Positions 8,342-17,582 of a stretch of 46,859 bases of DNA are shown here, piece by piece (the stretch's first letter is position 1; every line of letters starts with the position of its first letter). The stretch comes from Acidobacteriota bacterium (lineage in GTDB: Bacteria; Acidobacteriota; Terriglobia; Terriglobales; Acidobacteriaceae): positions 1 through 46,859 of the forward strand of contig JAFAUE010000442.1 in assembly GCA_019243475.1 (NCBI GenBank), given 5' to 3'. The position numbers were made by a program, and so were the translations under genes. The notes under the pieces were generated by a model that did no database searches, was not told where the DNA came from, and was given only the letters and a program-made list of their open reading frames with translations.

Positions 8342-11300
8342 GTGCGTTCTATTGCATGCGTAGCCGCGTTTGTCGGCGTGTGTTTTGCCGCCGGAGCACA
8401 GGCGCAGGAGCGCGTTGGACGGCTCGAGTTGGACGATACTCCAGCGCGCCCAAGTGCACGTGTGCTTCCTACCTCCTCGATGCCACGATTGGTGAAATTC
8501 TCAGGGCAATTGCCACAGAGAGGAACTGAGCTTTTTGCGACGGGCGGCACTCGATTGGTGACGTTTGGAATCTACACACAGCCGGAAGGCGGAGAGCCGG
8601 TCTGGAGTGAAACTCAGGTTATAAATGCCGACACGAACGGCAAGTACACCGTATTGCTGGGCGCGAGCGCTTTAGATGGTGTTCCGGTAGAAGCGTTCCA
8701 ATCCGGGAATGCCCGCTGGCTGGAGGCAACCATTGAAGGTGCTCCGCCGCAGCCTCGCATGCTGCTGGTGAGTGTTCCCTACGCAGTCAAGGCCGAAGAA
8801 GCGGACAAACTCGGCGGAGTTCCGGCCTCGGAATTTGTGACGAAAGCCTACATGCAATCGGCGCTGCAGCAATCAATGTTGCAGATGAAGACGATGGCTG
8901 TGATGTCGGCACCCCCATCGGGCGGCGGCATGATACAGCAGCCCGCCGGCGGCATCGACGACAGCCGGCACGGCAATAACGCGCTCGCCAATCCAACGCC
9001 GGCAGTGACGCAGCAGGGGCTCACCGGTGAGGGAGCCGCAAGCTTCTCCGACACGAGCGGCAACGAAGTTGTATTCGTAAACCAGACCGGCACCGGCATG
9101 GGCGTGAGCGCCTCAACGAGCGGCACAGTCGCGGTGAACGGAACTGCGTCCTCGCCTACCGGAATCGGCGTGCGCGGCTCGGCGACAGCCAACAGCGGGA
9201 CGGCAGCCGGTGTCCGCGGCGACACAATGTCATCCGCCGGCCAGGGCGTTGTGGGGAACGCTCTCTCTACCGCGGCCGGAGATACGTCTGTCGGTGTGGA
9301 AGGTCAATCCTCCGCAGGTATGGGCACCGGGGTCAGCGGAGTGGCGTCGGGCGCAAATGGAATTGCCATTTTGGGAACCGCATCCTCACCGAACGGGAAG
9401 GCGGTTGCCATTGAAGGTGTTGCGCTCAGTCCTAACGGGGTAGCAGGTGTTTTCAATGTTTTGCAGCAGGGGGCAACGATTTTAAGCGGGCGTCTGAATG
9501 GGACTGAGGAGTTCTCAGTCGATTCGGTGGGCGACGTTGCTGCTAGCGGAACGATTTCAGCTGCCGCATTCCAGATTAACGGCCAAACGATTGTTGACCG
9601 AAACGGGAAATGGGTCGGCAGTTCCACCGGATTGATCGGTCCCCAGGGAACCCAGGGAGTCCAGGGTGTTGCCGGTCCTGCCGGAGCGCAAGGTCCCAAG
9701 GGAGATGCTGGCCCCACTGGGCCCACTGGTGCCACCGGTCCACAAGGACCTCAAGGCCCCGTAGGCGCCACGGGTCCCCAGGGAGCCGCCGGCCAAAATG
9801 GGACGAGCTTTACCTTCCGCGATGCCTTCGATCCGACGGCGGCTTACGTCCGCAATAACGTAGTGACGTTTCTCGGCAGCTCTTACATTGTGATTGGCAG
9901 TCCGGCAATTGGAATCGCTCCACCGAACGATCCCGCATGGACATTGATGGCTGCGCAGGGAAGTCCTGGCCCGCAGGGCCCGAAAGGGGACACTGGAGCG
10001 ACAGGTGCAACCGGCGCAGTTGGGCCGCAGGGTCCCGCTGGACCGCAAGGAGCTGTCGGTCAGACGGGTGCAACTGGATCACAAGGGCCGACCGGACTAA
10101 CCGGGCCGCAAGGACCGAAAGGGGACACTGGAGCGACAGGTGCAACCGGCGCAGTTGGGCCGCAGGGTCCTGCCGGACCGCAAGGAGCTGTCGGTCCAAC
10201 GGGTGCAACCGGATCACAAGGGCCGATCGGACTAACCGGACCGCAAGGACCAAAAGGGGACACTGGAGCGACAGGCGCAACCGGCGCGATCGGGCCCCAA
10301 GGCCTTGCTGGACCACAGGGACCTATCGGTCAGACCGGTGCAACTGGGCCGCAAGGACTAACCGGACTAACGGGACCTCAAGGTCCAGTGGGCCCAGCCG
10401 GCCAAGATGGAACAAGCTTCACCTTCCGCGACGCATTCGATCCGTCGGCGAGTTACTTAGCACGCGATGTTGTTACGTATTTGGGAAGTTCATATATTGC
10501 CATCGCCACTCCCAAAATAGGAATCACGCCAGTCGACGATCCCGCCTGGGCATTGCTGGCAGCGCAAGGCGCTACAGGAGCATCGGGACCTCAAGGTCCA
10601 GCTGGTCCTGCGGGTGCGCAAGGCCCCAAAGGGGATACGGGTCCAATTGGTCCTGCTGGTCCACAGGGAACGAAGGGTGATACGGGTCCCATCGGGCTTA
10701 CTGGTGCGACTGGGGCACAGGGGCCGGCTGGCCCAGCGGGCGCACAGGGCGCGCAAGGAATTCAGGGTCCGGTTGGCCCTCAGGGTTCGGTTGGTCCTCA
10801 AGGAGTGCAGGGGCCGGCCGGGGCGTCTCCGTTTTCCTTAAATGGGAACGACGTGGTCTTCGATCAAAGCGGGAGCGGTTCTGAAAGTTTTCATCTCGCT
10901 GGCACAGCGAATGCGCAGAACACGCTGTTGATTACAAACAACTCGCTGGGAACGTCCACTCCCAACGCTCTGAACGTGCAAATACCCGCGGCGATCTTTG
11001 GCGACGCGTCTAATTTGACCGGCTTCACTGCTGGAGTGGTTGGCCGCAGTCAAGCGACGAACGGAGGCGGCGCCGGCGTAATCGGTGTTGTCACTGGTTC
11101 TCCCGCGCAGGGCCATGCGACTGGCGTAGTTGGTATCGCAAACGCTTCCAGCGGACAGCAAATTGGCGTCTCTGGTGAAATCTACACGGCTGACACGGCG
11201 AATTCTGCGGCCGCGCGATTCACGAACTACGGATCTACTACCGGTCTGGTGCTGGAAGGTCGCGGGCCAGGTGGCAATTGCGACATTCCTCCCTGTGCGC

Positions 11301-12043
11301 AGCCTGTGTTTACCGTCGATGCCGGGGGAAATCTCAACGTTGCTGGAACTGTTAGTGCGAAAAAATTTGTCGGCGACGGTTCCCAGCTGACCGGTATCTC
11401 CAGCAGTTCTCTGACCGGGGCGGGCGCTCCTACAAGTTCCAATACAGGAAACAGCATAGTTCTGCGCGATGGCTCAGGAAGCTTTAGCGCCGGGACGATA
11501 TCAGCGCAGCTCGTCACCGGAAACTTCAGTGGCAACGGCTCTCAACTAACCGCCTTGAACGCGGGAGCTCTGAGTGGGCCGATAGCGGACGCAAATCTTA
11601 GCTCTAACATTCCCCGGCTGAATGCCAGCGTGAATGCCTTTTCGGGAAACGTGCAGTCCGGCAGCGTAACGCTTTCTGCCGACTCCAACGCGTCCTTTTC
11701 CCACGCTCCCAGGATGACCTGGACAACCTTCCTGCCTGATACGCTGACAAGCACCTACGTTGCGAACACTATGATTCCTGATCAGAACATCGTGGTCACG
11801 CGAGTTACTGCCACGCTGAGGGCAGCAGGGGCTACGTGCAGGACGAACCTGGATATCCGGCTAAGCAGCAGCAGCGTGGTGTCGGATCTGGTCCTGAGCT
11901 CGGGCGCAACGTTCGCGGATTCAGGCGTCCTGAACGCTCAAGTTGCCGGCGGAGCGAAGCTGTTCGTCTCGATTGCGACGGGCGCAAGTTGCAACACCGC
12001 TCCCAGCGACGCCAATGTGACAGTGCAATACCGCATGCAGTGA
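8342..12043 (+). CDS. Secreted collagen-like, tail-fibre-like giant protein (three Gly-X-Y blocks, two CBM5/12-like inserts, Gly-rich repeat regions)
   Basis: GTG 8342 lies 5 nt after GGAGG. Signal peptide [22 protein letters not shown]. By eye there are about 19, 50 and 29 uninterrupted G-X-Y triplets. The module [13 protein letters not shown]...VVT.LGSSYI..........P.DDPAW occurs twice. GVxG-type Gly-rich repeats occur twice. [11 protein letters not shown] and [16 protein letters not shown] motifs lie near the C-terminus. Confidence 0.85.
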   Translation: MRSIACVAAFVGVCFAAGAQAQERVGRLELDDTPARPSARVLPTSSMPRLVKFSGQLPQRGTELFATGGTRLVTFGIYTQPEGGEPVWSETQVINADTNGKYTVLLGASALDGVPVEAFQSGNARWLEATIEGAPPQPRMLLVSVPYAVKAEEADKLGGVPASEFVTKAYMQSALQQSMLQMKTMAVMSAPPSGGGMIQQPAGGIDDSRHGNNALANPTPAVTQQGLTGEGAASFSDTSGNEVVFVNQTGTGMGVSASTSGTVAVNGTASSPTGIGVRGSATANSGTAAGVRGDTMSSAGQGVVGNALSTAAGDTSVGVEGQSSAGMGTGVSGVASGANGIAILGTASSPNGKAVAIEGVALSPNGVAGVFNVLQQGATILSGRLNGTEEFSVDSVGDVAASGTISAAAFQINGQTIVDRNGKWVGSSTGLIGPQGTQGVQGVAGPAGAQGPKGDAGPTGPTGATGPQGPQGPVGATGPQGAAGQNGTSFTFRDAFDPTAAYVRNNVVTFLGSSYIVIGSPAIGIAPPNDPAWTLMAAQGSPGPQGPKGDTGATGATGAVGPQGPAGPQGAVGQTGATGSQGPTGLTGPQGPKGDTGATGATGAVGPQGPAGPQGAVGPTGATGSQGPIGLTGPQGPKGDTGATGATGAIGPQGLAGPQGPIGQTGATGPQGLTGLTGPQGPVGPAGQDGTSFTFRDAFDPSASYLARDVVTYLGSSYIAIATPKIGITPVDDPAWALLAAQGATGASGPQGPAGPAGAQGPKGDTGPIGPAGPQGTKGDTGPIGLTGATGAQGPAGPAGAQGAQGIQGPVGPQGSVGPQGVQGPAGASPFSLNGNDVVFDQSGSGSESFHLAGTANAQNTLLITNNSLGTSTPNALNVQIPAAIFGDASNLTGFTAGVVGRSQATNGGGAGVIGVVTGSPAQGHATGVVGIANASSGQQIGVSGEIYTADTANSAAARFTNYGSTTGLVLEGRGPGGNCDIPPCAQPVFTVDAGGNLNVAGTVSAKKFVGDGSQLTGISSSSLTGAGAPTSSNTGNSIVLRDGSGSFSAGTISAQLVTGNFSGNGSQLTALNAGALSGPIADANLSSNIPRLNASVNAFSGNVQSGSVTLSADSNASFSHAPRMTWTTFLPDTLTSTYVANTMIPDQNIVVTRVTATLRAAGATCRTNLDIRLSSSSVVSDLVLSSGATFADSGVLNAQVAGGAKLFVSIATGASCNTAPSDANVTVQYRMQ
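9968..10372 (+). repeat. In-frame tandem repeat, 3 x 135 bp (45 aa = 15 G-X-Y triplets per unit), inside the collagen-like gene
   Basis: Units start at 9968, 10103 and 10238. Each encodes [17 protein letters not shown](V/I)GPQG(P/L)AGPQG.(V/I)G.TGATG.QG..GLT. Units 1 and 2 are nearly identical at the DNA level. Unit 3 is more diverged. Confidence 0.9.
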
Positions 12044-12111
12044 GGACCACGGCCAGCCGCACGTTGTTGACAGGTTAGGTTGCCACGCCTGCCGCCCCCC
12101 GCGATCCGGAT

Positions 12112-12984
12112 TTAGGCGCTGGGAAAGAGGTATTGCAGTACCCGCTCAACGCTTTCCGCCCATGCGGCCTCTTCGTGCGTGCCGCCGGGAATTACTTCGT
12201 AGTGAAGGTCGTCGCCTTCTTTCCAGCCTTTTGCGATTAATGCATCGCGGAGGGAATTAGCATCGCGCAGTCCGGTCTTGCTCTCTGCAGTTCCCATCGA
12301 CAGCCAGATCTTCAACCGCGGTTTCGGTTCGGTGCTGCGAATGATTTTGAGGATCGCTTTGTTGTCCCACCATATCGACGGAGAGAGCACAGCAAGCTTT
12401 CCGAAGATCTCAGGATGAGTGAAGCCGAGATAAACGGTGGCGAGTCCTCCCAGCGACGAGCCTCCCAGTCCGGTATTGTGAGCATCGGGCAGTGTGCGAT
12501 AGCGATTGTCGATGAATGGCTTGAGCTCTTCCACCAGCATGCGCCCATAGAGCTCGGCGTGGCCGCCACCGAGCTTGCGATCGCGCGTCGGTGTGTACTC
12601 CTCGATTCGGTGTTCGCCGGTGTTGAAGATGCCGACGATGATCAGCGCATCAATCTCGCCGGCGCGGATCAGCGCATCCGCGGTTTCGTCTACCTTCCAA
12701 TCCATGCCGCGAACGTAAGCGGTTTCCGGATCAAAAAGGTTTTGTCCGTCGTGGAGATAGAGGACAGGATAGCGCTGCTCACTTTCCTCGTAATCAGGCG
12801 GCAGATAAACAACAATGTCGCGCCTGTGAGGAAGGTATCGCGACATGAAATTATGGTGCCGCTGAACACTGTCGGTGTTGTGGACGCCTGCGGTCTTGTC
12901 ATCGCTCTCCGGCGCAACGGCGGCATTCTCCATGGCGCTCGGCTGCTCCACGACTTCGGAATTTTCTCTGGACATGAGGTTCAT
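12112..12984 (-). CDS. Esterase-family alpha/beta hydrolase (putative esterase / esterase D-like)
   Basis: VVYLPPDYEESEQRYPVLYLHDGQNLF, nucleophile elbow GGSSLGG, and C-terminal PGGTHEE. Confidence 0.8.
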   Translation of the reverse strand: MNLMSRENSEVVEQPSAMENAAVAPESDDKTAGVHNTDSVQRHHNFMSRYLPHRRDIVVYLPPDYEESEQRYPVLYLHDGQNLFDPETAYVRGMDWKVDETADALIRAGEIDALIIVGIFNTGEHRIEEYTPTRDRKLGGGHAELYGRMLVEELKPFIDNRYRTLPDAHNTGLGGSSLGGLATVYLGFTHPEIFGKLAVLSPSIWWDNKAILKIIRSTEPKPRLKIWLSMGTAESKTGLRDANSLRDALIAKGWKEGDDLHYEVIPGGTHEEAAWAESVERVLQYLFPSA

Positions 12985-13089
12985 TTGTTAGAGTACAGGC
13001 CACCAGACAAGTTGCACAGATAGAAAAATTCTACACTTTCTATTCAGGGCCAAACACCAGATCACCAAATCAAAGAATTTCCAATCGTC

Positions 13090-13803
13090 ATGACTCGCGA
13101 ATATCACAAGTGGTGGTCGCCACGCCTCGGGCGGGACATGGAGCTGCTGGTCTTCGGTCATGCTGGCCTGCCGACGATCGTTTTTCCGACCTCCCAGGGC
13201 CGATTCTTCGAGTTTGAAGATCGCGGCATGGTCGGCGCGCTTGGGGACAAGATCGAAGCCGGGGGATTGCAGCTTTATTGCGTCGATAGCGTCGATGCCG
13301 AGAGTTGGTACAACCGCAATGTACCGCCACGCTGGCGGGTCGCCCGGCACATGCAGTATGAGGACTACATCCTGCACGAGGTAGTGCCGCTGATGAAGCA
13401 GAAGAACTCGCGCTGGGACGTGGCCACCGCCGGGTGCTCGTTCGGCGGATACCACGCCATGAACCTGGCGCTGCGTCGGCCGGACATGGTGAGTGCCTGC
13501 CTCAGCATGGGCGGAGCATTCGACATCACGCAGTTCCTCGACGGCTACTACGATGACGACTGCTACTTCAATTGCCCGCCGCACTTCCTCAGGAACATGG
13601 GGGACGCCTGGCACCTTGAGCGTTATCGCAAAAACAAATTCGTGCTGGCCACCGGCGAGCACGACATGTGCTGGAACGAAAATGAACGCCTGGCCGAGCT
13701 CATGCGCGAGAAGCACATTCCGCATCGGCTGGACGTCTGGCGAGACCGCACCGGCCATGATTGGCCCTGGTGGCAGCGGATGGCCCAAGTCTATTTCCAG
13801 TAG
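13090..13803 (+). CDS. Esterase-family alpha/beta hydrolase
   Basis: ELLVFGHAGLPTIVFPTSQGRFFEFED, nucleophile elbow GCSFGGYHA, and a late GEHD/HDW region. Divergent from the other esterase. Confidence 0.75.
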   Translation: MTREYHKWWSPRLGRDMELLVFGHAGLPTIVFPTSQGRFFEFEDRGMVGALGDKIEAGGLQLYCVDSVDAESWYNRNVPPRWRVARHMQYEDYILHEVVPLMKQKNSRWDVATAGCSFGGYHAMNLALRRPDMVSACLSMGGAFDITQFLDGYYDDDCYFNCPPHFLRNMGDAWHLERYRKNKFVLATGEHDMCWNENERLAELMREKHIPHRLDVWRDRTGHDWPWWQRMAQVYFQ

Positions 13804-13830
13804 CCAAAATGTGGATTCGGCTGCCGGTGC

Positions 13831-14041
13831 AAATTCCCTGGTTGAGGGAATTTCTGAGGGAATTTTTCACTTTTCTTTCACGATTTTGCGATTTTGGCCC
13901 AAAATCCGCGAATTTCGATGAAAGCTGAGGGAATGGCGCAGGGAATTGCGGGAATTTCGACGCAAACCACTCCAGGAAGTGGACTTACACGCCATTTCTG
14001 GCGCAAATGCCTACCTCGCTCAGGGAACTTGCAGGGAATTT
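13831..14041. repeat. Array of eight (A)GGGAAT(T) motifs in a convergent intergenic region
   Basis: One inverted copy at 13831-13839. Direct copies start at 13845, 13857, 13928, 13940, 13950, 14022 and 14033. The first two form a perfect 9-bp hairpin (AAATTCCCT/AGGGAATTT) followed by T-rich sequence, so they may also terminate the esterase gene. Confidence 0.8.
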
Positions 14042-14078
14042 CCTCGCTGACTGGGGGAAGTACTCTTTCGGAGGCTGC

Positions 14079-17000
14079 CTAGGCGATCGCCGCAGCTTTC
14101 ATTTCGCTGAATTCGACGATCTGGGCATTCACGCGAGCTCCCAGGTCTACGAGCCGGCGATGATGGGTGAAAAACAGCACCTGGGTGCGCTTGGCCAGTG
14201 AGGAGATGACTTCAAGCGTAGCCAGCGAACGGGCATCGTCAAAGTTGATGAGAATGTCGTCGAGAACCACGGGAAACGGCGCTACGGTGGCAACATGGTG
14301 CTCGATAAACGCCAGGCGCAGCGATAGGTAGAGCTGATCGCGGGTGCCGTCGCTCAGGCCTTCGACATCCACTAATTCGCCCCCTGTGCGCTGGGCCTTC
14401 AGGACCTGTTTGTCGTCATCGCTGAAGGTTTCCACTAACGCCGAGAAATCTCCAAGCGTCAACGCAGAAAACAATTCCCGGGCCCTCTTCAGTACCGGTC
14501 CCTGATGCTTCTCGCGATACGACTCGATGGCGCGTTGCACGGCTTCGAAGGCCAGCCGCAGCCGGAGGTATTGACCGATGGCCGGGCGCACCTTGGCCAG
14601 AGCTTCTTCGGCTTTTTGCGCCTGCGCGGCCGACTCGCTGCTGCTTTCGAGGCGCTGATACTCCTTGCGCAACTCGCCATACGCCGTTCCGACTGCGATC
14701 AATTCGTCCTGCAACTCCTTCATTCGCCGCTCGCCGGAATCGATTTGGGAACGCAGCGAATCGAGTTCGTAGCTTGCCGCTTCATCTTCCACCTGTTTCA
14801 GATCGGAAACGGCATTGCGCTCCTTTAGACCTGCGCTGATGCGCTCATAATCGGCGAGCCTGGCCGCGCGCTGCTCGCAGGAGGTGATGATCGATTCCAG
14901 CTGCTGGTCGTCTTTGCAGCCGGCAAGAGCGCGCATCTGCTCGAGTGCCGACAGGGCGTTCTGCGCCTGGGTGCGAGCAGAGGCGAGCGCCGATTCATCG
15001 GCCGCGTTCTGCGCTTCGAGCGTCTCGCGCTGCCGGTCGGCTTTTCCCGTTTCCACGAAACGCGAATGCAGGCTGGCAACCGCCTGGTCGGGAGAGCACG
15101 TAGAGAGCGCGGGATCGATGGTGGAAGTTAGCTCTGCGGCCCGTTTTTCAAAGCTCTCGATGTTGTCACCGATTCTCTTGATGCGGTGCTTCAAGCCATC
15201 GGCAATCGCGAGATGTCCGAAGACCTTCTCCAGGACAATTAATGCATCAGAAACCTGCGCCGGTGTCGCGATCTCCGGCAGGAAGAGCGCTCGTACGAAC
15301 GGTATCCATTTCTGCGACCAGGCGGAGAGAGCGGCAGTGCAGTCGTTCACTGTTTGCTTACGCGTGTCAATGGAGAGCGACTTCAGAGCTCTGCGGAATT
15401 CGTCGCGTGACCTCTTTTTCTTGTCCAATTCCTGCGCGAATTTTTCTGCAACCTTGATCGATATGCTGAGCGACTGCCCACTGCCAGGCTGAAAATGCAA
15501 CCTCTCCAGTTCAGACAGAAGTTGCTGTGCCGCCTGCCCGGCACGTTCCTGCAGCAGCCGCAGCTCGTCTTGCTTGCCGCGGACCTGTTGGAAGCGATCG
15601 AGAATGGTTTGGCGAAGCCGCAGCCAGTCCTTCATCTCTCCCGGCGCGAGCGGCGTCGCTGCGAGCAGATCCCACTCACTTTGCCAGCTTTGTTCGAGCT
15701 GCCGTTGTTCCTCTTCATAGCGGGCAGCATCGACTTCGGCTTGTTGATGCTGAATGCGCAATGCCTCGATCTCTTTGAACAGGCGATCGTGAATCGCGAC
15801 CTTCTTGGCGTGCAGAAAGCGTCGATCGGCAATTTCGTCAGCCTGCCGGACGCGCTCTTCCATCTGCACCGGCAACGGGACGGAAGCGCCCGAGCGCGTC
15901 TGAGCTTCTTCGACAGATAGGTTCTGCTCAAAGGCGTGTGCCCGAATCAAACGCCAGAGTTGATCGCGGCGGGCGCGAGCGTCGAGAAGGTCGCTTTCAG
16001 CGGTCTTTCCTAGTTCAGCGGCGAAGGCCGCGATCTCGGCTTCCTTCTCCGTTATTGCGCGAACGGAATTCTCAACTGTCTCGGCAGACTGCTTACGGCG
16101 CGCCGCTGCCTCGTCCCACGCCCGCGCATAGCGCTCGATGGTTGCCGGTAACGGCGTCTTCATTGCGCTCAGCGCCTGCAGATTGGCGGCGAAGAGCGGA
16201 AGCGCATATAGGTCGCCGGTGGCATTGTCTTGCAGTCGCTCGATCTCGGAGCGCAGACGAGCCGCAGCCTGCTCTACGTCGCCTAGCGACTTGGCTTGCT
16301 CGATGGCGGCGATCAGGCTCGATGCGTCCCGAGGCTCGGGCTCTTCCGCCAATTCTTCTTGAATCCGCCGTTCCTGCTCCAGCCCCGCTCGAAGCTGCTC
16401 TTCGGCTTGCTGCAGCAGAGTGGTTAGCCGCGTCTGTTCGTTGATGAGGTCGAGAATCTCCGCTTTGCGCAAATATGCCGCGCGCACTTGTTCAGCGTCG
16501 GAAACAGGGCGGCTGCGCCAGATCTGCTTCCACTCAGACTCGGCGAGCCCAACGGCTTCTTCGTACTCTGACCTGCGCTTGGGAAGATCGTTTACTGCGC
16601 GAATGTAGTCGCTGATTTCAGCGTTCAGCTGTTCCACATGCTGTTCGTGTCCGCGGAACGCCGCGCTTAATGGAAGCTCAGCGATCTGTTGTTTGCGCTG
16701 GGTAATTTGTTGCGTAAGCGCCTGTACCTGCGTAGCCGACGTGGTGAGGGCGATGCCGGCCTCATCGCGATTGCGCCGCGCGCTGATGGGCAAAGACGGC
16801 AGCGATGCCGTCGAGTCGAGCGCCGCGCGCAGCTCCTGCAAGCGAGCCACATCCGGCTTGTTTCCTTCGATTCGCCGCAAGCGGACGAGGTCCCGTTGGA
16901 GCGACTCCGAATCCGCCCTGAGTTTCTTGAGATTCTCCTCGGCCGCCTGCATCTCGGCCTTCTTCTCTTTCGCGGTTGTAGCTGAGATGGCGAGATGTCG

Positions 17001-17582
17001 CGACGCATCCCGGGCCTCACGGTATTCCTCGAGTGCGGTTCCAATCACCTTGCCCCGCGACTTCGGTGAAAACAGCTCGCGCGCCTCTTTGTCGAGGTTT
17101 TCGAGCAGCTTCCTGAGATCGAGCAGTCCCGCGGCCTGAAAGAGCGCGCTTCCGATATCGCCTTTTCCCTGCAAAAGTTCCTCACCGCCTTCGCGCAGAC
17201 GTTCGTGGTTGAGAGCGAAGAACTGCTCGAAACGTTCGCGATCAAGCTCCCGCAGAAACGGAGTCATGCTGTCTTCCTTCATCTGCGTTTCGTCAGGAGT
17301 GAGCAGCGTTGAGGTGGTCCCTTTGCGGCGGCGGAATGACAGGCTCTGCCCGGGGGCGGAGATAGTTGCGCCAATCCGCAGTTCGGAGCCTTTGAAGGTG
17401 TGGGTGTCAGTCGTCTTGCTGGGAATGCCGAATAACAGACCGGAAATGGCGCGAAGCAGAGTCGATTTGCCGGCTTCGTTGTTGCCGTAAAGCAGGTAAA
17501 AGTCTGGAGTGCGCGCCGGCAGGTCAATTTGGCGATCGGCAAAGTGACCAAAGCGCACCAGATCGATGGAATCGATCCTCAC
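14079..17582 (-). CDS. SMC/SbcC-like AAA ATPase with long coiled coil (YhaN/SbcF-type)
   Basis: Walker A GNNEAGKST near the N-terminus. C-terminal signature LSDGTRDQL, Walker B VVLDDILINFDD, H-loop FFTHH. About 900 E/R/L/Q/A-rich residues lie between. No CxxC zinc-hook motif (only 4 Cys, none paired). GTG start overlaps the upstream stop (GTGA). Confidence 0.85.
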   Translation of the reverse strand: MRIDSIDLVRFGHFADRQIDLPARTPDFYLLYGNNEAGKSTLLRAISGLLFGIPSKTTDTHTFKGSELRIGATISAPGQSLSFRRRKGTTSTLLTPDETQMKEDSMTPFLRELDRERFEQFFALNHERLREGGEELLQGKGDIGSALFQAAGLLDLRKLLENLDKEARELFSPKSRGKVIGTALEEYREARDASRHLAISATTAKEKKAEMQAAEENLKKLRADSESLQRDLVRLRRIEGNKPDVARLQELRAALDSTASLPSLPISARRNRDEAGIALTTSATQVQALTQQITQRKQQIAELPLSAAFRGHEQHVEQLNAEISDYIRAVNDLPKRRSEYEEAVGLAESEWKQIWRSRPVSDAEQVRAAYLRKAEILDLINEQTRLTTLLQQAEEQLRAGLEQERRIQEELAEEPEPRDASSLIAAIEQAKSLGDVEQAAARLRSEIERLQDNATGDLYALPLFAANLQALSAMKTPLPATIERYARAWDEAAARRKQSAETVENSVRAITEKEAEIAAFAAELGKTAESDLLDARARRDQLWRLIRAHAFEQNLSVEEAQTRSGASVPLPVQMEERVRQADEIADRRFLHAKKVAIHDRLFKEIEALRIQHQQAEVDAARYEEEQRQLEQSWQSEWDLLAATPLAPGEMKDWLRLRQTILDRFQQVRGKQDELRLLQERAGQAAQQLLSELERLHFQPGSGQSLSISIKVAEKFAQELDKKKRSRDEFRRALKSLSIDTRKQTVNDCTAALSAWSQKWIPFVRALFLPEIATPAQVSDALIVLEKVFGHLAIADGLKHRIKRIGDNIESFEKRAAELTSTIDPALSTCSPDQAVASLHSRFVETGKADRQRETLEAQNAADESALASARTQAQNALSALEQMRALAGCKDDQQLESIITSCEQRAARLADYERISAGLKERNAVSDLKQVEDEAASYELDSLRSQIDSGERRMKELQDELIAVGTAYGELRKEYQRLESSSESAAQAQKAEEALAKVRPAIGQYLRLRLAFEAVQRAIESYREKHQGPVLKRARELFSALTLGDFSALVETFSDDDKQVLKAQRTGGELVDVEGLSDGTRDQLYLSLRLAFIEHHVATVAPFPVVLDDILINFDDARSLATLEVISSLAKRTQVLFFTHHRRLVDLGARVNAQIVEFSEMKAAAIA

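Noticed and set aside
9968-10372. CRISPR array, considered for the collagen tandem repeat, the GGGAAT array and the TGCTTATCGC copies.
   Set aside because: None shows the alternation of fixed-length direct repeats of 25-40 bp with unique spacers. The 135-bp units are coding and contiguous, and the short motifs are only 8-10 nt.
9304-10801. Many 60-250-aa ORFs in other frames or on the other strand across the collagen repeat region.
   Set aside because: These are by-products of the periodic GGN-CCN-NNN coding repeat. Only the 8342-12043 frame has a start, an RBS, a signal peptide and continuous G-X-Y periodicity.
13894-14082. The 62-aa ORF across the GGGAAT array, and the 119-aa ORF at 18822-19181 across the triple-hairpin region.
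   Set aside because: Their sequences are dictated by the repeats (recurrent QGI/AGI). Neither has an RBS. They run into or overlap the neighbouring gene ends, and their composition is not protein-like.
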